This document shows positions 21,658 to 34,683 of a DNA stretch of 64,000 bases, in pieces. Source of the stretch: Squalus acanthias (Eukaryota); NCBI GenBank assembly GCA_030390025.1, contig CM059431.1, forward strand, positions 119,352,001 to 119,416,000, given 5' to 3'. Below the pieces are notes generated by a model, which saw only the letters and a program-made list of their open reading frames with translations, searched no databases and had not been told where the DNA came from. Positions within the stretch are counted from its first letter, which is position 1. Every line of letters begins with the position of its first letter. A program made the translations under genes and the position numbers.

Positions 21658-22039
21658 GAATCAAGGGAGGAAATATACTTTCTCAGCAGTATCAGGCCAT
21701 GCATTTGATTGCTGCTCACTGATGGTCGCACAGTAATCAGAGAAACTCAGAGGATGGTGAAATCTGGGGAGATTGTCACAAGTACAAACCTGAGGGAGGG
21801 CTCCGTCAGCTACTTGTGAGCTCGCAACCTCAGGTGAAACCTCACTATGACCAGTGCAGAATGAGAAAGTAAGTTTGCATCCACATTTTTTAACTTAAAA
21901 TAGCAGCATTCTTCTCATGATGTATCACTCTCCCCATGGAACATGCAACATAACAAAACACAACATTGACTTCAATGAAGCATAAAATGGGCTTCCGACC
22001 CAAGCCTGTCCTGTTCCTGATGGGTGGGTTGGGTTAAAG

Positions 22040-23616
22040 TGTAAGGGGTCACGGTACTGGTGCGAGGTGAGGCCTTCGTTGCCTATACTATTGCTTGCTC
22101 TGGTCTCCGGCCAGACTTTTGCAAAAAGCACCTGTGAGTGGTTCGACCCACTCGCCCTTACGGTTCTGACACATGGACTTAGATGCAAGGAGCAGTAATG
22201 CAGAGAAAAGACTCAAATAGACCCGGTTGAATAGCACAAAATGAATATCTTTATTGCATGGCGTCTAAAATCATGAAATACATGTCATAGGCGCAGATCA
22301 AAGAGAGTACAAGTATACACACGTTCATAAAACTTGGTCTATGGAAATGGGGAACACACGACACATCGTAAAAGGGGGAACACATTATACATTAACCTCA
22401 GAAAACCACCCTCCCTTAATATACCTAAACTACGTCTGGATTTGTAGGATCGGAAAACATGCTCACCACTCGGCTCACTTCGGAAATTTAAAGTGAGGCA
22501 CTCAGCTCGTTTTGCTGCAGCGCCTGACTGTCACGTGGTTGTAAGGGTTTCTGCACCCCACTTGTTTACTCTCGCTGCCGCGAAAGGTAAGCCAGATTCC
22601 CTGATGTCATGAAGTGGTCGATGGATTCAGACCGGATCGTGCAGTAGTCCATAGAATTCAAAGAAAACGGTTCATGTAGTAGTCTGTAGAATTTAAAGAT
22701 GGATTCTGTCGTTATATCTTCGGGCGCGGTCGGGGTTTACTGACTGTGGCGGCACGTGGAATTTCTTCTCGTCTTTCTTCTCGTCTTTCTTCTGGTTGCT
22801 CGGGCCTCTGGGTCCGGACACCGTTTACCGACGCTCGGGATGGTGTACCCTGTTACTTGCCCTGTCGAGGCGGCTCGTTCCGATTGAGCTCCACCCAACA
22901 CTCGAATAACCGACCAGCACGGCGAAGAGTCAAGAGCCAAGAGTCAAGGAAGAGTCCAGGAAGAGAGAGAGAGACCGATGGACATTTGTCCTCTATAGTT
23001 ATACTGTTTTGTCGGCCTTATCTCCCGCTCAAATCTAAATGTTTATTCTTTCTGTGATTTTGGCGCCCAAAACTCCCAGCATGGGGCGATTATCTTCTTA
23101 ACGGGTTTCGGTAACACCTGAAACTGGCCAACTATCCGTTAATACCTTCTCCATTGTTGAGCCAGCCAGGATGTGTATGAATCGTCTCCTCGACTGGTTT
23201 TGGGGACCCCCGAATACTGGCTTAATCACCCGCCAATGTCTCTCTCATTGTTGAGCCGGGGGGATATTTGTGTATTGATGTGTCTGGATGGGTTCTCGAT
23301 GGCCCAGTTCAATGATCCTTACTGTGCGTAGGAAACGATTCCAGCACTTATATCATTGCTATTGTTCAGGATGCAAACGGGTTGCATCCTGCCTTTTCAA
23401 TGTGTACCGAGTATGATCCGATCTCATACTGAATGTATATTCGACGCCATCTTGTCTGCCCACTGTGTCTCTGGAAGCTTCTGCCACGATGCACGGCGGC
23501 CATTTTACAGGCTTCTGTGTCATTTATTATCAGGATAGCATTTTGTTTAATAAAAATGATCAATTGAATCTGCTTCTCTCATGTTATTTGAATCGCGATA
23601 ATTGCAAAACTCTACA
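22040..23616 (-). mobile_element. Solo LTR related to the 10643-19929 element
   Basis: TGTAAGGG...CTACA termini, TSD AAAG on both sides, colinear similarity to the provirus LTR. Confidence 0.92.
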
Positions 23617-24483
23617 AAAGTTACCACCACAGTTTCACAACTTTAGCTGTTATAGTCTTTCTCTAGCCTTGCTCCTGTCCATATAGTGAAGGCAGTGAGA
23701 TTAGAGGAGAGCAAGGAGTTATGGAAGAGAGATGAGGAAATAATCGAAGATGGCCTTTGCCAGTAATCTAAACCTTCAGAGTTGCCTAGGCCTCATGTGA
23801 TGGCAAGATTGATGGGGTAACGTTGGGTGGAGAGTTTATGGGCTGGGTGAGATTGAGGACAGGAGGGTGAAGATGTCGGAGGAAGAAAACTCAATGAGGA
23901 AGTTGCCATGGGCCTTGGGAGGACATCAGACAATGAGGACGTTAAGATGCTCAAATGGGGCGAAGGTGCTGAAGCAGGGGACAGGTTGAGACAGGCCATA
24001 AAGGTGAAGACCACGCTGTTGCCCGGTCTGACTGTGCTTGAATGTAGGTATACTACTTACGTTGCTCTCTCTTCTGGTTGATACAGGTAATTCCTGAGTT
24101 ATCATGGTAACAGGCCTTTCTCCACCTAGGACAGGGATAATGATGCTTAGCCATGGAATTGTGCAGTGAGGCTTCACTGGTGCCTGGTGGTAGGTAAGGT
24201 TAATGCCACAACTCATACTAGCTGCTCCTCAGAGGAACTCACACTTCAAATGGCAAATAGGATGAATTGGAAAACCAACGGAGGAAACATTTTTCTCATA
24301 TCAATCTACTAACATGAAGTTCAGACCTCAGTAAAAGGCAATTTCACTCTCTACCAGCGCAAATGTTCTGTTTTTTTTTTCCTTTCTAAATTAGGTCATG
24401 TTACAAATTAAATTGACCCTTATTTTAAGCTTGTAATTGTATCGGTTTTTGGTTAAAATGAAAACAAACTCTCTGTGCCACTC

Positions 24484-27054
24484 TCGACATCTCTCTTCAG
24501 CAGCACCGACGCACTCTATCTCAAAGCTGTCCGGGTCCACAGTTCCATTTCATCCTTCGACTCATCCGACGCTTCAACAAAAAACTTTTCTTCTTCCTTT
24601 CCGATGTCAAGGATTGCAAGCTTCAACAACTCTTGGACACTAAAGCCCCTCCGGAACCTTCTTCCCCTTCACTTTCCTCTGACCCCATCCCTTCTCCCAA
24701 TCTCACTCCCTGCCGTGTTTTCACTATCCCCTCTGACCTTCCCCTCTCTGACTCCGAACGATCAGTCCTCAGCAAAGGCCTGACCTTCATCCCCTTACGC
24801 CCCCATCTCAATGAATTTCGAGCTCGGCACGATGCTGAGCTCTTTTTCCGCCGCCTCCGTCTCCGTGCCCACTTCTCTGGCCAGGAGTCTTCCCCCCGCA
24901 CGGCTGACCCTTTCTCCCGCTTTCAGAATTCTCGTTCCACCTGGACCCCTCCCTCTGGCCTCTTACCCTCTCTTGATCTTTTCATTGCTAACTGCCGCCG
25001 TGACATCAGCCAGCTCAATTTCTCTGCTCCCCTCACTCACTCCAACCTACCTCCCTCTGAACTTGGAGCACTCCATTCTCTCCGATCCAACCCTGACATT
25101 GTCATTAAACCTGCTGACAAGGGTGGCGCTGTTGTTGTTTGGCTAACCGACCTCTACCTAGCGGAAGTTGAACGCCAACTCTCTGACACCTCCTCCTACC
25201 TCCACCTGGACCATGACCCCACTACCGAACATCAAGCCACCGTGTCCAAGACTGTCACTGACCTCATCTCCTCTGGAGATCTTCCCCCCACGGCTGCCAA
25301 CCTCATAGTTCCCCAACCCCGCACAGCCCGCTTCTACCTCCTTCCCAAGATCCACAAACAGGACTGCCCCGGTAGACCCATCGTTTCAGCCTGTTCTTGC
25401 CCCACGGAACTTATCTCTTCCTATCTCGACTCTATTTTTTCTCCCCTTGTCCAGTCTCTTCCCACCTACATCCGCGACTCTTCCGATGCCCTCCGCCATT
25501 TTAACAGTTTCCAGTTTCCTGGCCCCAACCGTCTCCTCTTCACTATGGATGTACAATCCCTCTACACCTCCATTCCCCACCAGGATGGCCTGAGGGCGCT
25601 CCGCTTCTTCCTTGAACAGAGGCCCAACCAGTCCCCATCCACCACCACCCTCCTCCGCCTGGCTGAACTTGTTCTCACATTGAACAACTTCTCCTTTGAC
25701 TCTACCCATTTCCTCCAAATTAAAGGTGTTGCTATGGGTACCCGCATGGGTCCTAGCTATGCCTGCCTTTTCGTGGGATATGTGGAACACTCTTTGTTCC
25801 AGTCCTACTCGGGTCCCCTCCCTCACCTCTTTTTCCGGTACATTGATGACTGTATCGGTGCCGTCTCCTGCTCTCGCCCTGAACTAGAACATTTCATTCA
25901 CTATGCTTCCAATTTCCACCCTTCCCTCACCTTCACATGGTCCATCTCCGACTCTTCCCTTCCCTTCCTCGACTTCTCCATCTCCATCTCTGGGGATAGG
26001 TTATTGACTAACATTCACTACAAGCCCACCGACTCCCACAGCTACCTGGACTACACTTCCTCCCACCCCGCCTCCTGTAAGGACTCTATTCCATTCTCCC
26101 AGTTTCTCCGTCTCCGCCGCATCTGCTCTGATGATGCCACCTTCCATACCAGTGCTTCCGACATGTCTTCCTTTTTCCTCAACCGAGGATTCCCCTCTAC
26201 CGTGGTCGACACGGCCCTCGACCGTGTCCGTTCTATCTCCCGCACATCTGCCCTCACCTCTGCCCCTCCCTCCCGGAACCACGATAGGGTTCCCCTTGTC
26301 CTCACCTTTCACCCCACCAGCCTCCACATTCAACGGATCATCCTCCGCCATTTCCGCCACCTCCAGCGTGATCCCACCACCAAACACATCTTCCCCTCAC
26401 CTCCCCTTTCAGCATTCTGTAGGGACCGCTCCCTCCGCGACACCCTAGTCCACTCCTCTACCACCCCCAGCACCCCTTCCCCTTCGCCCGGCACCTTCCC
26501 GTGCAAGCGCAGGAGATGCAACACATGCCCTTATACCTCCCCTCTTCCCACTGTCCAGGGCCCCAAACACCCCTTCCAGGTGAAACAGCGATTTACTTGT
26601 ACTTCCTGCAATTTAGTATACTGTATTCGCTGCTCACGATGTGGTCTCCTCTACATTGGGGAGACCAAACGCAGATTGGGTGACCGCTTTGCGGAACACC
26701 TCCGTTCAGTCCGTAAGGGGGACCCCGAGCTCCCGGTGGCCTGTCACTTTAATTCACCGCTTCACTCCCACTCTGACCTCACCGTCCTCGGCCTATTACA
26801 CTGTTCCACGGAAGCTCAGCGTAAGCTCGAGGAACAGCACCTCATCTTTCGTTTAGGCACGCTACAGCCCTCTGGACTCAATATCGAGTTCAACAATTTT
26901 AGATCATAACCTCAGCTCCAATCACATTTATATTTTATTTTATCCACCCTTTTATTTGTCCCCCCCCCACCTTTTTTTTCCTCCTAGAAGCTGGCAGCTG
27001 TCCTTCATTCTGCCAGTGGATTTCACACTTCATTCAGCCTTAATCTGTCACATT
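24484..27054 (+). mobile_element. Penelope-like retroelement, 5'-truncated
   Basis: RT plus GIY-YIG ORF; flanked by a 14-bp direct repeat TCTCTGTGCCACTC (24470-24483, 27055-27068). Confidence 0.9.
24633..26909 (+). CDS. Penelope-like RT + GIY-YIG endonuclease (open frame, no native start)
   Basis: IKPADKGG, YLLPKIHK, MDVQSLYT, GVAMGT, RYIDD; NLVYCIRC..C..LYIGET..RF.EH endonuclease; frame stays open upstream to the truncation point. Confidence 0.92.
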   Translation: MDTKAPPEPSSPSLSSDPIPSPNLTPCRVFTIPSDLPLSDSERSVLSKGLTFIPLRPHLNEFRARHDAELFFRRLRLRAHFSGQESSPRTADPFSRFQNSRSTWTPPSGLLPSLDLFIANCRRDISQLNFSAPLTHSNLPPSELGALHSLRSNPDIVIKPADKGGAVVVWLTDLYLAEVERQLSDTSSYLHLDHDPTTEHQATVSKTVTDLISSGDLPPTAANLIVPQPRTARFYLLPKIHKQDCPGRPIVSACSCPTELISSYLDSIFSPLVQSLPTYIRDSSDALRHFNSFQFPGPNRLLFTMDVQSLYTSIPHQDGLRALRFFLEQRPNQSPSTTTLLRLAELVLTLNNFSFDSTHFLQIKGVAMGTRMGPSYACLFVGYVEHSLFQSYSGPLPHLFFRYIDDCIGAVSCSRPELEHFIHYASNFHPSLTFTWSISDSSLPFLDFSISISGDRLLTNIHYKPTDSHSYLDYTSSHPASCKDSIPFSQFLRLRRICSDDATFHTSASDMSSFFLNRGFPSTVVDTALDRVRSISRTSALTSAPPSRNHDRVPLVLTFHPTSLHIQRIILRHFRHLQRDPTTKHIFPSPPLSAFCRDRSLRDTLVHSSTTPSTPSPSPGTFPCKRRRCNTCPYTSPLPTVQGPKHPFQVKQRFTCTSCNLVYCIRCSRCGLLYIGETKRRLGDRFAEHLRSVRKGDPELPVACHFNSPLHSHSDLTVLGLLHCSTEAQRKLEEQHLIFRLGTLQPSGLNIEFNNFRS

Positions 27055-27219
27055 TCTCTGTGCCACTCACTCCCTCCACTCCACCATTGGCAGCCTCTTG
27101 CTCAGTCAGTCACCACACGCCAGAGTCCAGGCCTCTTGACTTTGCTATCCAGTGCACTCCATTGTACCTTCTGTTACCAATCCTAGCCTCTCCATTGCCC
27201 TCCCCTTTTCCCACACTTG

Positions 27220-30200
27220 GGCCAGAATATTTACCTGGAGACGGGCTGGGAGTGGAGGGGTCCGGTAGCGATGGGAAACCCAAAAGTTGCTGCACCAGGT
27301 CTAGCAGTGGCTTTTTAACCCAGCCATTGTATTTGCATCTGACTTCTGGGTTTCCTGACCAATTAACGTGAGCGAATGTGATGACCACATGCATGGGTCT
27401 ATTTCAGCTGAGGTATTTAAAGGAACACTGCAAAGATGACAGTTGAAGAATTGTGGAGGTGGGAGAAAGATTGGTTGGTGATAAAAATGGATTCTCAACA
27501 TTCCAAAGCGGCCCCTCACTTTAGTGATGCCTCCCTGGACCTCATGCTGCAAGGTGTTAGGGCCCGCAAGGAGATTTTATTCGCTTCTGATGGGTGGAAG
27601 AAGCCAGCCTCACTTACAAAGAAGGCATGGCTGGAGATAGTGCAGGAGGTCAGCAGCAGGAGTGTGGTGGCATACTCCTGGATACAATGCAGAAAGAGAT
27701 TTAATGACCTCATGAGGGCAGGAAAGGTGAATACAATGCTACATTCAACTATATCCTGATGTCCGTGTCACCACAACCCCCTCACTCTGCCTTCCCAAGC
27801 CTACACCTGTACATCACTCCACACACCAACGTACCTTGCAGATGTACCCACCCCTCTCTGTCTATGCACTTCCTCACATCCCCATCTAACCATCCACCAC
27901 TGACACTCACCCTCATCCTAATGCAGTGTCACGCCTCATTGTCACCCTCAACAGATGTTGTCTATCCATTCGTTCCATTCAATCCATGACTCTCAATTAA
28001 AGGTCTCTTGTTTCCCTCCTTGCAAGAGAAGAGAGTACAGAACACCAGAGAGAGGCAGAGAACAGGAGCTGGACCTCCAGTCCTAGCAACGCTCACAGCT
28101 GCAGAGAAGGAGGCGGCACTTGAAAAAAGTGGAGTGTCAGTGTGCATGGCGGTGGGAGATGGAGAGATGGGGAGCTCCCAGCTACCTGATGGCAGAATTA
28201 AATATCACACAGCAACATGGCATACAACAGTCAATCCTGTTGACTTGATGTCAACAGCCAGTGAAATATGATCATGTGCATAATGTTCACTTAAAACATT
28301 CTTACTATGACAGTTCTAATTTATGTCTTTACTCTCCAACAGGCCCAACAAGTGTTCAACAGGCGGTGGAGCCGGGAGGAAAAATTCTCCTAAGAGGAGG
28401 TCGCTAATTCTGAGGGTGCACCATCACAGGATGCATGCACACCAAGCACCAGCTCAGATACACACACATCGATGGGACCATCAAGACAGATAGTTGTGTT
28501 GTCACCTGGTGTCTCACAGATCACGGCTGGAATTTTCAAAGGTAAGAACAGGTGGGTTGCAGGCGTGGGGGGAAGTGAAAGTTGTGCAAATGTAAAACCC
28601 GACCCCAACCCGCCTGCAACCTGCCCACTTTCACCTTTCACTCAGGTGGAACGGGGAGGCCAGCTGCCATACCGCTGCCAAGAGGCGGGTTGGCAATTTA
28701 AATATGATAATGAGGCCTGAAGCCTCTACTTTAACCTGCTTTGCCGGTTTTACTGCAGGCAGCCGGGGATCCTGGGGCTCGGGATTCCCAATGGCTGCAA
28801 CGAGGCGGCCTCAGCCTCGGAGAGCAATCCTTGTGGGTCATGAGGAGCAGGAGTGCTTCCTCCCGGCCCCCCAAGCCCCCACACCATCAGACCACACCCC
28901 CCGTGGTTGGGGATCAGACGCCCCCCTCGGCCTGGAACACCCCCACCCACCCCCCCGGATCGCGACTCAGCCCTGGGGTTGGGGATCGGACCCCCACCCG
29001 GGGATCGATCTCACTTTCCCCCCCGTTGGTCAGGGATCGTACCCAACCCCCAGGGTCGGGGATCAGACCACCCCACCCCCCGGGGGATCGGACCCCCTCC
29101 CGGGCTTGGACCCCACCCCCCACCATCCTGGGCCCAGCACTTACCTTGTCCTGTGGTCCCCTGGTCTCTGATCTCCACCGCCTAGAATCCAGCTAATCAA
29201 TCAGGCTGACTTCTGGGCAGGCAACCTGCCCTTCACGTTGCACGCCACAGAGTGCTGGGAAACGTGAACTTCCGGGTTTCTGCTGTCTCCAGGTCCCCCA
29301 GCACTGTGCAAATGCTGAAACTCGGGGGCCATTGCCAAAGAGGATTATTCTGGAAGAGCAGCAAAAAAATGCGTGAGGCTCTGGCAGGATTTCCAGCTGC
29401 ATTGTGCACGCTTGCAGAGAGAATGGAGGAGTTCATCTCAAGCATAACTGGCTTGATGTCGCAGGCCATGGCTATGATGTGTTCGCCCATGGAAAGGATG
29501 GCCACCTGCATGGAGCATGAAACGCGGCAGTCAAACAAGTGCATGCTTTCCCTCACCAAAAGCTTTCACACTCTGAATGCCACCTTAACTAGGATGGATC
29601 AAAAACCTAGCCTTGGCCAATCATCACCCCACTGATGTGCAGCAAAGTGCTCTCCAGCTCATTGCTACCAGGGAAGTGCAGCTGAGCCATGAGAAGGATG
29701 ATGGTGAAAGGGGACATTAAGTGAGGACTCTGCTCAAAGCGCTTCCACTTCTCACCTGTTGCCCCACCCCCCCCCCCCCACCCGTCCCAGTCAGTGCCCC
29801 ACATGCTGCCTCCTGCCCTGAGTCTGCTCCTGCACAGGTGCAGGTGGAGCAGTCTATGCGGGGCCCTCACAGGCTGCATCTGAGCAGCCAGAGCAGCGAA
29901 ATGAGCAGCCTGCCTCTATGTCTGCTGAAGCCACAGGGGTTGCACATCGTAGGAGTTGTAGGAAAAAAATGAAAGATTATTAGTTGCACAAGGGTATGTA
30001 CATGGGTGCTTTAGACATGTCACAATAATAAGTTACTGTATTAGTTTTTGATGCAAATATACAATTATTTCTTTGCACCACTTTCCAGTCTTGCCGATCT
30101 GTTCCTGCAGCCTGCCAACTGGCCTTCTCAGTTCTGAAGAATGGTAAGACAAGACTTAAATCTGAGCAATGGATGTCTGTGAAAGGGATGCTTTGTTGAT

Positions 30201-30932
30201 TGCTGGACTACTTTGTGCTGGGGGAGGGGGTTGGGGCAACTGTGTTCAGCATGTGGCTCCAGATGGGTACAGTGGTGCAACCTAAGTAAGTGTTGCCATG
30301 ACGAGTCGAATCTCAGGCAGCAATGTGCGCTGCTGCTGGTGCTGTTGATGCTCGTACTCATCTGAGGTCCAAAGTTAAAAAGCATAAGCGGCACCCATGC
30401 TGATCTGATATATGACAGATTTAAAGTGAAGATCAGAGGCACAAACCTCCAATGTAGTGAGAGTCACCTCCAAAATAGAAGAAACCACTTCCAAAGTTGT
30501 AGAAATCACCTGCAAAGTACTGAAAGCAAACTCTCAGAACAAGTGCTGTGAGCAAAAGCCTTTCACTTCGGCAAGGAAGCACGTGTGAGGGTCTCTTTGC
30601 CTGTCATTTGTTCAGCCCCCGCAATTGTCGCTGTGCTCTCGCCTTGCTTCGACTGGCAAGATCCAGGAAGCTCGGGAAACCCGTGGAGCCACAGTGAAAG
30701 TTGGAAACCCCTGTTAAAATACCTGCTAACTATGTCTTAACTACCTCTTAATTGCTTTCAATTGGTAACCCGCCTCTCCCGAGGGGGTTCCTCGCACGCT
30801 GCCGAATGATCTCCAGTGAAATGCGGAAGTCAGCGGGTTGGAGCCGGCTTCCCGACGCGCTGTCAAATTCAATGTTTTTTACTACCCACCCGCTCCCAAA
30901 CCCACTTGCCGCTGCAACTAAAAATTCCTCCC
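27220..30932. mobile_element. Harbinger transposon, internally deleted (Myb gene retained, nuclease lost)
   Basis: Myb exon ..LMLQGVRARKEILF..AWLEIVQEVS..WIQCRKRFND; degenerate TIRs with TTG flanks; similar to 4369-10114. Confidence 0.7.
28525..29260. mobile_element. GC-rich MITE-like insertion with GGGGATCGGACCCC repeats
   Basis: Starts with a GGCTGGAATTTT TIR-like end and interrupts the Myb terminal exon; right end not found. Confidence 0.5.
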
Positions 30933-31382
30933 TTGGTCCCTGCCATGAACTCCATTCCCTAGCTACTAATTCTATCTTCCTCCCTGGACACAATCTGAGG
31001 CTGGACAAATCTGTTCACAACATTGCCATCCTATGTTGCTCTGAGCTCAGATTCTGAATGCATACAATAGAGGTTATATCTGCAAGAGCACAGAGACCTC
31101 AAACACAGAGACAGTGAACTTCTAAATGGAATGAATTGCAAACAGAGTGAAGACTTTCAAGTGGGAATTTGGTGACAGCGGGTTTGCTGCTAGGTGTATA
31201 CTATAGACCACCAGGTGCAGGCTAATCGCAAGTCATCATTGCCACAGGCTTTTTCCAGTTCTTAAAGGGGAGGTTCATTGATGCTACAGAATCTCATTCT
31301 CAGCATTGCTGGCTATGCAGCTGCCTCAGCAAGCAGCAGCAGGTCAAGGAGAAGGAGCCAGAGGACTGAAGCAGCAGTACTC

Positions 31383-33191
31383 ATGGCAGATCCAAGCCCC
31401 AGGGAGAGAGCCTGCAGATTCAGCGATCAAGCATTGGAGGCATTGATGTTCACTGTGGAGAGACAGAGGGCGGAGCTCTACCCGTCAAGTGACAGGAGGC
31501 CCTCGCCGCAAGTCTTCCGCACCATGTGGAGGGAGGGAGCACAGCACGTCTTGGCCAGCACTGTGGTCCCCAGGACCCACACACAGTGCAGGAAGAAATT
31601 TAACGACCTCACTAGGGTGGTCAGGGTGAGTGAATGCTTCAACAAAAGCTACATACCACCATCTGTACCATAATCTTCACACACTGCCCAAAGCACCACA
31701 CCCCCAGCACTCACCCACCAACAATCTTGACCTACCAACACTCACACCCACATCTCACACCTTGCACACAATGACAACTATTCAACTATAGCAAACACAT
31801 CACCCAAACACATTGCTCCACACTCACTCACACACTTTCCTTTCGCTTGCAGGCCAAGGTGGCTCACAACAGGAGGGAGCAGGAGTGCACAAGCAGGGGA
31901 CAAGCCAACACCCAACCACTGTCTGTGCTGGAGAATAGAGTGCTGCATATTATTGGGCGCCAGGTGGTGGGCGCCATGGCCACTGGTGATGTTGATCCCC
32001 TTGGGGACAACAATGGTATGTTTATCCCTACTCCTTCTTCTCACATCCCACTTCCCCCTCACCGCACAAACGTTTCGCACTTTCCAGCTAATCATGCTGT
32101 ATGCATGCCTTTCTCCCTTCCTGCCCCCCTCCCCTCACCTTAACCCAACTTTTGTGCCTTTATGCTTTCAGATAATGAGCAAGCACCCGAGCAGCCTGTC
32201 CCTGAGGGCACCGTAGAGAACGAGATGGAAGAAGAGGAGGACGAAGAACACACCGCGTCACTGCATGTCTCACTCAGAGGCACCAGCTCAGATACTGGCA
32301 CTACATGTTCTTTAGAGGCTAGTATAGTAGCGGGATCTGCACAGGGTGAGGCACCAGGGACGAGTGGGCTGCAGCATGGTCGGGCAAAAGAATAGCTCGG
32401 GGGCCAGCTCCCCGGAGGGCGAGTTCGCACGTGAGTTCTGCTGCACATGACTCAGATGAGGACCTCGATGGGGAGGCATTTAGAAAAAGGTGATGGGCAT
32501 GCACACAGAGATGATAGGTGTAATGGCTAGGGTGCTCGAGAGCCTCTCGGCAATGATAAGACGCGTGGAGGTGTCCGCCTCCAACATTGCACAATGGTCT
32601 GTGCACACCATGAAGCCCATCATTTGCAGTCAAGTAACACAACGTCTTATTGCTGTAATGCAGCCTATGCTTGGTGCCAACGATTTTCAGACTGCTCTCA
32701 TGCAGTCTCAGCTTGGTGCCACGCAAGCTCTGACTGCTACCATCGTGGCTGGGTCGACCACCGTCGACCGGAGCTTACACGGTGTTGCAGCCGGCCAGCA
32801 ATCTGTGCTCTAACAGATTGTTAGGGATCGTGAGGTGCTGCTCCGGGGGAGTGGCAGTGGATCAGTGGAGTAGGAACCTGCTGTCCTCTCTCAGGATGAC
32901 AGCTTTCCTGCTCCCACCACTGCCACTCCACCATTGCCCTTGTCGCTGACTGCCATCCAGCCAGGCCAGACTGCTGCCACCCATGCTGAGGTGGTGCAGT
33001 CTACAGCCGGGCCTTCTAGGCCCAGAGCTGGTCGAGGGCATCCTGCAAGGCCATCTGAAGTCTCCCACACGGACACTCAGCAGCCTTCCACCAGCCCTGC
33101 TGCAGCCACTGGGCCAACACTTTGTAGGAGCACTAGAGTAGGCAAAGGCACAGTAACGACAGGCACTAAGAGATTGCACAGAAGTGAATAA
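31383..33191 (+). pseudogene. Myb/SANT-like gene of a second Harbinger family (3 exons)
   Basis: MADP..RFSDQALEAL..MWRE..RTHTQCRKKFND; exons 31383-31625, 31853-32015 and 32172 onward with GT-AG borders; stops in exon 3. Confidence 0.75.
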
Positions 33192-33197
33192 TTGATG

Positions 33198-33715
33198 GGC
33201 CAGAAATTCAACTGTTGTCGGGTGAGTATGCGCTGTGTACTCATCCGTAAGGCCACCTGAAGTGCCGGTTTCCTGCATGCACTGCGCATGCGCGGGAAAC
33301 CGGAACTTCCGTTCCCCTGAAGGGAGGGGTTCAGAAGTCGAACGCGTGCGCGGGAGAGGCTGCGCACACGCAGTGAACTTCAGGTTTTTTTTCAGGTTTC
33401 TCCAGGAGGGTAAGTATGGAGAAGCTGCACTTTTAAAAAGGAGGCGCAAGGCCTGTTTTTAAGGTAAGTGGTTAATTAATTACAATTTAAACATTTTTTC
33501 AACAGGTTTATCTTTTTTAGATACTTTAAAGAAAGGTAAGTTTATTTTTAGCACCGTTAAAAAGTATAATTAATTTTTTCAAAAATTTAAATTTTTGTTT
33601 AAAGTAGTTAATTTATTTAACTTATAGTTATTTTTAAAAATGTGATTTAAAAAGAAAAAATATTTGAAGTTTAAGTGTGGTTTTGGCGCCGATCTCTATT
33701 CATAGATTTGACAGG
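33198..33715. mobile_element. MITE fragment related to 3146-3874
   Basis: Shared gaagtgccggttt..catgc and AT-rich core; right end deleted. Confidence 0.7.
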
Positions 33716-34683
33716 TCTTCCTCGGTTTTACGTCTCATCTTTAAGACGGCACCTCCGACACTGCAGCAGGGCTCCTCCCGAGCGGTTAAGGCAGCAGAAC
33801 AGTCGCTGGAGAACCCCGATGGTCTGCTCGATGATGTTCCTGGTGGCAGCATGGCTCTCATTGTATGAGTGCTGGGCAAGAGTCTTGGGGTTGCGGAGGG
33901 GAGTCATGAACCAGGTGAGGAGCGCATAGCCCTTGTCTCCGAGCAAGCAGCTGTGAGCTTGACGTGGTTACTGGAAGAGTGTTGGAACACCGGTCTGGCG
34001 CAGAATGAAGGCATCGTGGCTGATGCCAGGATAGCGGGTATTGACATTGAGGAGTAGCTGTCTGTGGTCGCACACCAACTGTACATTAATTGTGTGCTAG
34101 CCTTTGCAGTTACTGAAGATCTCAGGATGGTTATGCAGTGTCCACAAAGCTATGTGGGTGCAATCAAAGGCACCCTGCACCATGGGAAATCCCGCTATCC
34201 TGGCAGAGCCACATGCATGCTCGTCCTGCTTCTCTCTGGTAATGGGAAAGGAAATGTAGTCCCTTCTCCTACTGTAGAGAGCCTCTGTGACCTCCTGGAT
34301 GCAGCGATGGACAGGCAAACTATGAGATGTTAGCTATGTCTCCTGTTGTAGACTGGAAGGATCTGCTGGCAAAGAAATTGAGGGCGACGGTGACCTTGAC
34401 TGCCACTGAGAGAGCCGTGGCCGCCCTGATCTGGGGCTGGAGGTCTGGTTGCAGGAGGTGGCAGAGTTCTGTGACCACCTCCTTGGTGAAGCGGAGCCTT
34501 CTAATGCACTGCTCCTTGCTTAATTGAAGTAAGGAGAAGTGCTCTCAGAATACCCTCAAGGGGTAAGGCCTCCTGTTGAGAGCCCTGATGGCCCTCCTCC
34601 CTCTGGGCACATGTTCCAGTCTTTCTCGCTGCCTCCGCTACCCTCAACCATAGATCCTGGACAGCCCCCATTAATGTAACCAA
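33716..34683 (-). pseudogene. Harbinger DDE nuclease, degraded
   Basis: AGFPMVQGAFDCTHI, LGDKGYAL..MTP, YNESHAATRNIIEQTIGVL. Confidence 0.88.

Noticed and set aside
28704..29196. Overlapping Pro/Gly-rich ORFs on both strands
   Set aside because: Result of GC-rich repeats in a MITE-like insertion
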